Shown: positions 31,401 through 42,753, counted from the stretch's first letter. The stretch: 64,000 bases of DNA from Chlorokybus atmophyticus (GCA_009103225.1 RHPI01002402.1:372001-436000); one strand, 5' to 3'. The notes: generated from the letters alone by a model not told the origin. A program made the numbers and translations.

Positions 31401-34002
31401 CGGAGCAGGGATTTGAAGTAGTTGATGTTCTGCACCAGTAGTAGCACCAGCAGTTAGCACAGCTGCAATCCGCTGGCCTATTACTTATCAAACAATCAGT
31501 AATTATGGGTTACCAGCAAGCCCAGTGATGCGCATGCTAACATGCTTGTGCCAATATAAGGGAACCAAACATCGGCAACAACATGAAAGATGACAGCCCT
31601 GTCTTGAACATGCATGTCATGCACCACAAAGTTTACCTTAGCGGCGCCCTGTGGGTCACCAACAGCAACATATCCCAGAGGAACAGGCGAGCCATCTTGC
31701 AAGCCGGATGCCACACAGCTTCCATTCATGTTGACCGCACATGTGCAGATGTCACTGACAACCTGCACACCATCTGCGTGCAGTCAATGAGTCACTACCC
31801 GCTGTTGCACTCAGCATAGCAAACGAGCAAGAAGCGCATACACCTGATATTTGATTACCTCGCATGCAACTTTTACAGGTAGCCAATTGAGGACCTACTG
31901 ACACTTTGTGAACTGGCTTTGGCATGGGCAGTTCCTGCTGGAACTTAAGTTGCACAGCACATTTTCTAGGAGTGCTGGACCGCGCACGCTTGATCTGAGG
32001 CGGGGTGGCAGTAATGGTAGGTGACTGAACTGTTGTGGGAGAACTGGCGACATCAGCAGAATCACCACTGAGTCGTGAGCGCTTGCGAACCTGCATGTCC
32101 GGCGTAGTTACAAAGCCGGAGCTGTCTTTGGGGGCAGCAAAGTGCCTGCGTGGAGAGCCGTCCGTGTTCAATGCAGGCTGCCCACGTCTTGGCGAGCTGC
32201 GCCCTTCAGACGCAACTGGCGACGACCCCGCTAAGACGTGATAGCAAGCAGCGCTCTCTCCTCGCTGCGGGCAGTAGCTCACGTCTACACCAGGAGGCGG
32301 TTCAGCGATACAACCCTTCGTCTTCAGGATCAAAGCCAACCCTGTGATGGTCTTGCCAAGTCCAGGCTCGTCGCAGAAAAGCCCACCACGAAAGTCTCCC
32401 ACCTGCGGCGGTATCTCTGTGGTGAGACAGCCGTTGACCTTGTTCAGGTAGTATGGCAGGCCGTCTGCTGTGACGACTTCTTCATACAGCGGGTGCTGCC
32501 GCTTTTCATGGTTTCGTTCACGCTTGAGCATCCATGCAACCTGTGCCAAACGCAATGCCATCATACCGCGCACCTTAATGGTCACATGCTTGAGGTGGTA
32601 ATGGCACATATGACACCAGCAGCAGGTTAAACTGCCATTGTACTACACACATTGACAGCAGCAACTTACTGCAATACGCTGATGAGGGTGCAGCTTGAGC
32701 AGCATGCCAGGCACAATCGCAGCTGAAAGCGAACGGAACTGCTTGCATGCAGCTCCAGCAGCTCGCAAGTCCCTTGCACCAAGCCTGTCCACATGTGTAC
32801 GTCACTACTGTATCAAGCCAAAAGCAAATCACTACGCATTGCATCACATGTGATGTGCACTCAAAATCACCATTCTGAAGTTACCTGCTCATAATGAGCT
32901 GCAAAACGTCTGCAGGCAAGTCTGAGAGACCCGCTTTATCAGATGGTTCCTCCTCCCTGCACGAGGGCACACTGGCAGAGTCGTCCCGCAAGCAGCAGGG
33001 CAAGCTCCGGAAGAGTGCCGGTAAGCTGAATTGCTGTTTCTGCTCTGCTTCCGAAACAGCAACGTGCTGCTTGCAACCCAATACGCCACATGTTCCTACG
33101 CTCGGCAAGTCTGCTGAGGGTGCGCCCGCCGGTGACGGCGGCTGAAGGTGGCTGAACACAAAAGCCGCTGCCGGACTTGGCTTCCAATTGTCGTGGCCTT
33201 CCCATAGCGAACATGGTATGTACACATAGACCACAACTACTACCAATGTCTCTTGGGGTGAATGCCTCTCAAACACATACTTCACAATGACTCTGTCTTT
33301 GGTCTTCAGCCTGCAATGCACCGATAACTGTGGATGCCTGCTTGTCGGCATGCCACACTTTAAGGACAGGCTGCCAGCTCAACGGCTTAACATCTAAAGC
33401 AATGTCCCCAAGCTGAGGACTGGTCCTAAATTTGATTGCTAACATGCTACCTTGCTAACATGGCTTGCTAGATTACAGCAGCACAAGAGCAGGATCTCAC
33501 AGCAATGCAAACGCGCTCAACTCCAACTGTGACCCCTGATAAGCGTGTGTTCCTCACATTCGATGACTTGTGCTGTGCACCGCATTATCCCCAACCCGAC
33601 TAAGCCTTGATGTGACCACAATTGACCCGACTAGCATGAAGCGGTTCAGCGTTGCACAGCCAAGCACCGAGCGGCCAAACACCATACAAGCAGAGATACT
33701 CACCTATACAAGTAATTTAGGATGGAGTCCCCACCACCGCTGCCTGAGAAGCCATTGGCCGGCACCTCACTGAACCGACAGGATAGGCCTTCAAGCAGAG
33801 TCTGCTGCCCGTTGCGCTTAAGCTGAAGCGGGGCGCCAGTGGCTTCTTCATTGACGCTTCCATCCGCTTTCAGCAACAACCTCAGGCATCCGGCCAGCCT
33901 GTGGTGCGGCAGGTGCATGTCTTCCGCCACCTCCATCGCCGCTGCCGCCGCCGGAGCAGCAGGCGCGTCACTCATTCGTGCCACCAGATTCATTCCGTTC
34001 AT
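28438..34002 (-). CDS. F-box + SNF2 helicase + RING protein (At3g54460-like), multi-exon
   Basis: HRLAGCL N-terminus, VYVYIPCSLW, F-box LSDLPADVLQLIMSR, motif I LFCDEPGLGKTIT, ATLVVVPSTLITHW, motif II VILDEGH, motif III RWVMTGTP, RING CLQCKQWSRLPVVTPCAHVLCLDC, KVIVFSQF and ISRAHRMG. Start ATG uncertain. Confidence 0.9.
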
Positions 34003-34114
34003 TCATTCCGTTCATTCGGGCCACAATGACATGTCACGCACTACAACACGGCTTTACCACACGGACGCTGTATGGGCGTGTCCCAGGTCAGGGTGGGTAA
34101 ATTCGGATCTAGGC

Positions 34115-34133
34115 TAGGGTTTTGGCGCCAAAA
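34115..34133. promoter_or_regulatory. Overlapping telo-box (TAGGGTTT) and palindromic E2F-type site TTTTGGCGCCAAAA upstream of the SNF2 gene
   Basis: Exact motifs ~115-130 bp upstream of the minus-strand start. Confidence 0.45.
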
Positions 34134-34186
34134 GACGTGCCCAACGGACACTTCAGCTGTGCAAAGCTGCTTGGCCCCATGAGATA

Positions 34187-34344
34187 TATGACATTTGCCC
34201 GGACAGAAGCCCCCGCTTTTCACGTCAGGCCACCCCCCCGTCCATTATTAATTAGGAAGAATTACGTTGAGACACTGCAATCCATCGAGGGGTGTGTATT
34301 TATTCTATTTGGGGGGCGGCGCTTATCTCCGGGCAAATACGGTA
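34187..34344. mobile_element. Degenerate Tc2/pogo-like MITE
   Basis: Right end GCTTATCTCCGGGCAAATACGG-TA (reverse complement TA-CCGTATTTGCCCGGAGATAAGC) pairs with the left ATTTGCCCGGACAGAAGC. No ORF. Confidence 0.5.
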
Positions 34345-34914
34345 TGCCGTAATGCATGCTTATAGAAATCAATCATTTTTGATTCATTTCGTGATTTATA
34401 CTCGACATTTAGCGACAAGGTTAACTTGTATGCAACTTACACACGTTGAGAGCATCGGTTACCTGCAAACAATGAGATACATCTATTTCATGTACGGTCA
34501 ATGTCGCAAGTATGCTTTTATGTCGCATTCGAGGGCGCAATTGCTACAATCAATTCTAGCAATGCCTCTTCAACCTCTGTGCATATGTGTAATAAGCAAC
34601 ATAATATTCATTAAACCATATTGCCCTCGACCCTTGTGGATCGTCTCACGCGTGATGTGCATTGAAATTGCTGTTATAGCTTGCTTTATCACAACTTGTG
34701 TGTTATGTATACACTTATGTAAAAGTGTACGAAAATGCAAGACGCTATGTGTGTGCACATGACATCATCGCAAAATGTTTCCCTTGCTGGCCGATTAAAT
34801 ACTGGTAACGGCCGTGCATCTGAGGATACTCATTTGGGCTGTCGTGGCTCAGTCCACCTGTAATCTCGATACAGAGGCCTGAGTATAACGGCCGTCCCCG
34901 GCCATTTACACAAA

Positions 34915-35163
34915 GGGACTGACCTAGACGGACAGGTACCTGTCAGGTACTTATCAGTCAAGCAAAAGGGACTTGATCTAACTAACCGGTACCTGTAAGA
35001 TACCTATCAATCAAGCAATGATGACTTAGCCTAACTAACAGGTATCTGACTGGTACTTATCAGTTTGGGACCGGCAACTTTGTGGTAACTGTCTCTAACT
35101 GCCAGGTACGTAGTTATGACTAACGGTACCTTAAAGTACCGTCAGTGATGAGTAGGTACCGTT
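34915..35163. repeat. ~53-bp tandem array centred on GGTACC palindromes
   Basis: Units start at 34915, 34968 and 35021 (GGGACT...AGGTACCTGT.AGGTACTTATCAGTCAAGCAA), then degenerate. Confidence 0.8.
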
Positions 35164-35698
35164 TGTGTGACATCGGCTGTGCAAGACGGCAATCATATAT
35201 CACAACTTGATTACATCACAGTCATATACATGTCACCTACACAGTACAAGCCCCACTACGAACATACTACGATATACTACTACACTACTACGCTAGTAGT
35301 ACTACCTACTACACTACAGTCTGCCGCCGCTAAGTCTTGTGCTGCCGCTTGCCTGCTGCTTCCGCCCTCCTAGCCTGGCCGTCCTGAGGAAAGAGGGGCG
35401 GTCAGCTAGGGCGGCGCAACACATTATATACACACCACCACCACCACCGCAACAACAACAACAACAGCGCACCTGCTGGCGGCCGCCGCCTGGCCTGGCC
35501 TGGTGGCCGCCCTGCAACACGAAGGGTGGAAGGGCGGTCAGGCTGCGCACTACACGACAAGACATGCACAAGCACACAAGCACATACCTGCCGCCGCCGC
35601 CACCGCCGCAGCACTAGCAGCACAACGCTCAACTGCGCAAGTCAACTTGCACAGTTGAGCGTTCTGTTACGGCTTAGCGTTCAAATGTACAAGGGGGC

Positions 35699-35852
35699 CG
35701 TTGAGTTTGAAAACTCAACGACTTCCGTTATGACACTTTCGTACCATTACGATGGTATGATCGTACCATCGTAATGGTACAAAAGTACTAATACAATGGT
35801 ACTATTGTAATGGTACTGCTGTACCATATCGATGGTACGATCGTACCATTGT
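35699..35852. repeat. Cluster of palindromes built from GTACCAT/ATGGTAC
   Basis: 10-bp arms at 35699-35720, perfect 17-bp arms at 35741-35757 and 35764-35780, and the palindrome ATGGTACGATCGTACCAT at ~35832-35849. Confidence 0.85.
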
Positions 35853-38800
35853 CTTAAGAAACTTCCATCGTATTATATATCGGTACTTGTCCCAACTCAC
35901 CGCCACCGTTCGTCCCTAAGTTGGGACTGATACGTCACTTGCTTGCCATTTTTGATACATCACTGTCGCAAAATGCTATACGACCGGCGGTCAATCATAT
36001 TAACTGCGTAATTATTCCGTATCATTCGTCGAAATTACCGGACTAAGAGGTGACTTTATTGCCATAACAGGTAGGTCGCCGCGGGTGCTGTACAACCGGC
36101 GGTCGGCCGTTGACATATATTACAAGCAGGTCATGACAGGCAGGCAGCAATCCATTAAATTGTACGATAGGCCATCGGCCGTTAATTATTATCCACAATA
36201 TACACCGGCAGTCCAGTCAGTCCCTTTATAGCCCAAGTCGTCAGGGATAGGTAGGGTCAGGTAGGGTCAGGCACTCGTCAGTCCCTCAGTCCCTGGTCCG
36301 TCACCGTGTAAAATTTGCGACGATGTTACTTACATTCAACCAACACCGTGGGATAAGCAAGCGAAAATCTATAGAAGCGCGGCCGCATGGGTTGGGAGAC
36401 CTCATAAAGTTATTACATATTGCAATCACACATACGTTTCAGCAGTACAACCTACATGTCACACACAGTATTACAATCTAGTCATGTGCCACAAAGCACA
36501 CATCATGTGGATGATCCTTATCTGCATGGGCCTTACACAACTCTGGCCGTCGTCCTCCTCAAAACCGATTATGGCCTCGATATCGTCCAATGCATCTGTG
36601 TGCCACGCTTACGTGAGGCCATCTAGTGACTCTGCTGCCATTGCAATGTTAAATGTTGAATGCCAATCTGCTAATTTACACGTTGAATCTGAAGTGCCGC
36701 AAAGTTTGTAAAAAATCAACTTTAATCGAGTACGTTGCGCAAGTTTCATTAAACATTTAACGACCGGATTGAATCTTATTGATCAATATCATACACTAGA
36801 TAACATAGCTACATGGTTTGCAAAATAAGAAGGGGTTTCGTGCTTGCGCATCATTACAAAGTTTCAAAATGCTTCGGATGGAAGTAAGTGCTAATTTTGC
36901 GTGCGGAAGCCGGCGCCAACTTGGCGCCGGCTTTAGATATGTGTAGTTGAACTACACAGATCATATATAGTGTTTTATAATTGCGCCGTTGATGCAAAAT
37001 AATTCGCATTATACATAAATGACGGAATTGATGTATTAATGATTGTGATAAGCTACACGAGCTGTTTTAGGCACACCATCATGAGGCCTTCGAGGATATG
37101 CGTGTCGTGACCTTTGCGATGCCTTCAACACCAACAGCGACGGCATTGATCTCACGCTGATCTATCATTTCAAATACTTTCGTTGAAAAATGCATTATAA
37201 TGTAATGCAATGTGATGTGGAAACCTATGGCACGCCGCGGGCCTTTAATGGGTGACTGACATGTTGTTGCACTTGAACATTGCGTACACGCATTGTTCAC
37301 CTTGCATAAATACCCATTTGCTTGCGAGGTATGCATGTAAAAAAACACGTATGCATGCACGCGCACAGGCATGCAGAGTGGAGCTCTTCAAGCACCCACC
37401 CACCCAGCAACCATGCACTATCCCACACATATGGCCTCTATCATTACAAATCTGCATGCGGGCGAACGAGGCCGGATTGGTCAGGCGCGCCTAGGTCAGG
37501 CGTGATGTAATGACTACATCAATAGCGAACATAGCCTCCTCAACGCTGTCGGGGTGGCCATGCTGATCATAAAACTGCCGCACACAGAAAGCGAGGGCTG
37601 ACTCGTCCATCTGCGTACAAATGGATTGTCAACTTCGTGGAGCAAGAGAGGGGCGCGTTCAGCAAGTTGCCAGCAAAGAGCGACATGTATATACACTGCA
37701 AAGAGCGGGTCGTCACAAGGGGGTGCATGGCCCTGATGACCGGTTCATTATGGCCGTTGAGAAGCACCTGACATGAATTGCAGCGTATGCACACACATGC
37801 ACGTTTTAATAAACGCCGCAAACGTTTGCGTGAATCAACTACTTCGATTGTTATAACAAAGTTAACAAGAGGCGTACTCAATATGTTGGTGGTTGAGACA
37901 CAGGTAGTACGCTTTGATGCAAGGAGTTGCATGGTTTTTTCACTACTAGTTGTGCGTGTATTTTACTCACAAGCAAAATCACTTTTTACGCCTATCTATA
38001 TTCCACAACAAAGTGCATAGCTACATGAGGTTTGCGAAATGAAAATAAAATAAATAAATCATATATTTGAGCCTGCAACAGACAAAGATTTCAAATGCTT
38101 CGTACCAAAATAAGCTCTAGATTTTGCCGGCGCAAAACACAAAGTAGTCTAAAAGATAAAGCTGCTTCGTCACGGTATGGTAATATGTATCGGCTTAAAA
38201 GTTGGAGCTTATTTCGGTATAAAGTACTTTGGTACGTTGCGCAGCCTCCATATTGTTATTTCGTTTATATCGCGTATACACTACAATAGTGTTTTTGAAA
38301 TTCTGATTTCGCAGCTGCTAAATTTGTTATATCATTTTTCGCATGCTTTTCGCGATAAACCACATGTGTCTGCATTGCGATGTACTATTACTAAGAATAG
38401 CTGTCAATTATTCAATAAGACTTACATCAAGTGCTCAACCATAATTATAATGGGATTTTACGGTACAATACCAATACACACACAAATGCGAGAGAAGTAT
38501 GCCATGAGACGATGTCGAGTGAGGCCGTGACCCCTTGAAACGATGATTGTGCCTTTGCATACTCATATGATGGTCTTTGCCTCGCCGGCGTTGACTATGT
38601 GAGGGCAACTTGGCAGGTGAGCAAAATCGTCAATGCGTATATGTAGAACGGTCATATGCCACTGCAACATTGCAACGATTATATGCAATTGCATCAACAA
38701 TTGCTGCAAAGAAGTGCTCTCAGCACTCAGCAGTCTTGTAGCTATGACTGTTGGGTGCTGCGTGATTGATGTTGTGGTGACTGAGCGTCCTGGCATCTAC

Positions 38801-39551
38801 GACAGTACGAGACAACATGTCCACAAGCATGGCACAGCAAAATTGTGACGCATTGGTCCACAGCGTCTACGACACTGTCATGAAAACCAGCCAACTCGTG
38901 GACTTAGCAAGCCTAACCTAAAAGTCCTGGTACCTACCTGAGGCAGTTGCAACCCTTCATAAGAGGTGTGGCAATACATCACACCAGTGGATGTCAAGTA
39001 AGACAATGCATGGGCGGACAACACACAATGACGCGCAAGGTTCAGGTGCATGGTTTAAATGGTGTAGCTGAGCAACATGTATCCTGATGCTTGTTTAAAA
39101 CCGTGTGAGAATGTTAGACGTTTGTCACCTCAGCGGCTGAGGCTGTCAGCTTTCTGAAAACCTGCACAGTGTTCTTCAGCATGGAACTGGGTAATGCTGG
39201 AAGTCTGCATGCATCTTGAGTCATTAGCACATGCACACACTAGCGCCCACACAAGCACGCGCAAACACCATGAACGACTGTTGGGACCGATCGAGAGTTA
39301 GTAAGGAGATAGTCACCCGCATTTAGCTTGCCATGCCATGTTGCACAAAGTACAGCACTTGCATGCAGCACAGAAAAGTCCTACGACATGTATAATACAT
39401 CAAGGTATGACAGTTTTCAGATGATGATGCTAAGTAAGCAGTTTGCACATCAATACATGGTTACAGGACATGTGTACGAAGAACAAGGAACAAACTTGAC
39501 AAACTCTGACAACGTTTGCTATACGCGTCTGTATCAGAAGATGCGTCCTGG

Positions 39552-41503
39552 TCAACTTGGTTGAGCCGCATCGATGAATTCCTTTATCTCCCTCACTAGC
39601 TGCTTTCGCACGCTCGGCGTGTTGTTGTTCCACTCGTCCAACAGCGTGGTGAGTATGTTGCGCTGGAGCAGAATGTTGTCTTGTGCGCAGAGTGCATCCA
39701 TGACAATGGCGTCCCACTCGTTTGGGCGATGACCCCATAAGCCGAGGCGATCGCCGACAAGTCCGTGTACGCGCGTGGTGAGCCCAAACCAGCTGTCCCA
39801 TGAGTTGAGCAGATGCAAAATCAAATTTAACACCACCTCCTGTGCTTGACTTCGCTGCAAGGCAGCGCTGCGCAACACGAGCTTCCTCGTCTTTGATGAA
39901 GAGGATGGAGTGCTGCTTACATTCACACGCGCTTCATTAGATATGTCATCATCAATGTGCATCACATCTCTAATTAGTTTTGCCAGCTTCCGCTTGGTTT
40001 TGCGCAGATACAGGGCTTTCCAGAAAAACGCAACGGTCACTACGAGGCCTGTGAAGGAAACGCCTAATGGTGGAATGAGGATCTTGAAGATCAGGTCCTG
40101 TCCAGTTCGTGGTGTAAGGAACACATTCCCACACAAGACAATGACATGCGGTCATAACTTGAGCAAGCTGTTGGTTGGTACCTTCTTGCTCTCCTGCTTG
40201 GCTGCCTACACACATACAAGTTAATACGCCTCAGTTAGCAATGTCTGCTTACACAGCTGGGGGCTTGATATTCACTTGGACTCCAACCTAGGCGTTGCTT
40301 TGCTTACCTTCACAACTGGTCAAGGAGAAGCTGTACTCAGGCTGGCAGCCTTCAGAGCAGTGTAGTGACGAGTTACCACAAAATCCAAAAGAAGAGCAAC
40401 ACGGAAACCCTGCGCGCGAAGCAAATGATCAGCTTCTGCATGCTGGCCCACATGTTACACAAACAGTTTGCCACAACACCTCAGACCTCAGAGCCCATGC
40501 ACCTGCAACAAAGCAACGAGCATCGATGCTCGCGCCGCAATTAGGAACTGCGCAACACACAAAGACAAGCAGTGAGCACGCAGTTTGCTGCTGATGTATG
40601 TGTGCATACTTCCCTGCGAGTGGGCGCATGTGCGTGCCAGACAACAACACACCTTGCCAGCATCGACCACTCACCTCCTGCTGGAGTTGGGGCTAGTGCT
40701 GGCGCTGATGCTGGTGCTAGCGCTGCAACTGCGCAAGCAGAACCAATGCTGTACTGCGATTGGCACCCGATGCCGCAATGGTCAGCAGTGCTGCCGCAAA
40801 AGTTATTTGGCGAACAGCAGGGATATTCTGCAAGGAAGGTACCACTGGTCAGCTCAATTGGCAAGGCAAACCAAAACACAAAAAAACACGTGTCCACAAG
40901 CCTGTGCAAGACCGCAAGTGAGACCGCCGCAATTGTGTGAGCACGGTCATGCCCCTGGTTCTTACCAGAGTTCTTGCAGCTGCCAGAAGGTTGTCCGCAA
41001 GCGCCAGTTGTGTTCACCGCAGCTGCCGATGTCCACACAGGTTGGCATTGCCGTCAGGAGACAAACCAGATAGCTAATTGCTGTCAGGGAAGTGTCAAAT
41101 ACACTTACGTGGTGAGGATGTTAAAGTGCAAGCAGAGCCGAAGCTATACCCTGCTTGGCACCCGTTGCCGCAGTAGTCAGCAGTGCTGCCGCGATAGTTG
41201 TTTTGCGAGCAGCAAGGGCTCACTGCAAGGGAGACAGAGGTAAGATGGGACATTTCATTCATTCAAGCACTCAATACCCCTGTTGTTTTCGAGTGGACAT
41301 CTCTCAGAGCTGATACCAAGTGCTATGTTGTGCTTCATGTACAGTGGCTTACCAGGGTCGATGCAGCTTCCATCACCTTGTCCACAGCCTCCTGTATTGC
41401 CTTGCGCTTGAACAGCCGATAGGTACAGAGAGCACAGAAACAACACCGGCAGGAACGCTGTGGTGAAGGCAGCCTCACTCACATGCATCTTTCCACCACC
41501 CAT
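39552..41503 (-). CDS. Receptor-like type I membrane protein: signal peptide, 3x hevein/ChtBD1 domains, TM helix, ~150-aa cytoplasmic tail (~404 aa)
   Basis: Proposed exons 41503-41353, 41222-41109, 41022-40966, 40827-40675, 40547-40503, 40409-40308, 40205-40159 and 40097-39552, all GT-AG and totalling 1215 nt in frame. Domains: CGQGDGSCIDPVSPCCSQNNYRGSTADYCGNGCQ, CGQPSGSCKNSEYPCCSPNNFCGSTADHCGIGCQ, CGASIDARCFVAGFPCCSSFGFCGNSSLHCSEGCQ. TM ILIPPLGVSFTGLVVTVAFFW is followed by RKTKRK. The last (61-nt) intron is the least certain. Confidence 0.8.
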
Positions 41504-42753
41504 CAGCTCACCATGCACTTAACAAACCAGCAAACAGGCGCAATTCAAGGCAGTCCAGCCTACCTCAGCCCTATTACATCCTGACTGTCACCTGCTAGCA
41601 ACTGCTACCTGCTCCGACGCTCCAGAACCTTCACCTCAAAGGTAAAGCTTGCACTAAGCTGGAACTTCCAGAGCTAGCTTCTGTTTGTTGCTGCGCAATT
41701 AACAACCCGACGCAAAAACACCTAGCTTGCATCAGTCGCATCAGCACCTGATGTGACATGAGTCGTATCATAGTTCAAGTCCAGATGTCACACCGGTGTA
41801 GACACAATCCCAATCCCCACCTGTGCCGACACTGTGTGACAACATCCTAGACAGTGGTTGGTGTTTCCAGCCATTTAACGGCGCAGGCGGCCACCAAGCG
41901 ATGCAGACAGCTGGACAGTCCTCTCGCTACGTGTCAGCACGGCCCTGGTGTGCAGCTCTGATTGGCTCCAACCCATCACTGCTGCATGTCGTACACTCCT
42001 TGAACAGAGTGACCACCACCCATGCAGGAAGGTGAACGGTTGCACTTGATGTCTTCTCTTCGTCGCTGCATCGATGAGACTCCAACAGGGCCTCCCGTGT
42101 ATACAGCGCTGATTGGCTGTACTGCATCACCGCTGCATGTCGTCACTTGTTGGATACACAGTAACCTTACCGGTGCGTAGCTGAACGCTTGCGCTTGGTT
42201 GTCGCTGCGTTGGTGAGTCTCCACCGGGGCCAGCAGCTCTCCCGGCTATGCGTAGTGACAGAGGTTGTATAAGTGTGTGCATCCCCCCCCATNNNNNNNN
42301 NNNNNNNNNNNNNNNNNNNNNNNNNNNNNNNNNNNNNNNNNNNNNNNNNNNNNNNNNNNNNNNNNNNNNNNNNNNNNNNNNNNNNNNNNNNNNNNNNNNN
42401 NNNNNNNNNNNNNNNNNNNNNNNNNNNNNNNNNNNNNNNNNNNNNNNNNNNNNNNNNNNNNNNNNNNNNNNNNNNNNNNNNNNNCGCCCCCCTGTGTCAA
42501 ATCTGTTTCCAATCCGTTCAGATTGTTATCCCCTTGGCTTGGGATGATCACCTGAACGGTTGCCACACACCTGCGCGCACAGCAGTGTTAGATGAATGTT
42601 GTTATTACGTCGTTGTGACTAACTACTTGCCTTGACGACGTAGTAGAACACGCTGGTGTATTGCACCAGCTATTCTATTGGCATATATAACCCGCTGCAT
42701 CCTATGGTGTACTTCACACCGGTATACTTTACACACTTAGCTGGGCGGAGGTC

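Larger units (their letters stand above)
34762..36326. mobile_element. Composite non-autonomous DNA-transposon-like segment with inverted subterminal motifs
   Basis: ACATCATCGCAAAAT (34762) vs AATTTGCGACGATGT (36313); AAAGGGACTGAC (34912) vs GTCAGTCCCTTT (36216); TTTACAC (34905) vs GTGTAAA (36306); AACGGCCG twice on the left vs CGGCCGTT twice on the right. Internal tandem and palindromic arrays; no transposase ORF. Confidence 0.4.

Noticed and set aside
34915-35163. CRISPR-like array
   Set aside because: Eukaryotic context, head-to-tail degenerate units without unique spacers, and no cas genes.
36420-38850. Short ORFs in the AT-rich stretch as transposase or gene remnants
   Set aside because: No DDE, RT or other recognisable motif, and no consistent splice pattern.
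41773-41782. GTTCAAGTCC resembling a tRNA T-loop/B box
   Set aside because: No cloverleaf or A box at the proper distance. No tRNA or rRNA gene was recognised in the window.
42246-42635. ORFs spanning the N gap at 42293-42484
   Set aside because: The frames are open only because of unknown bases.
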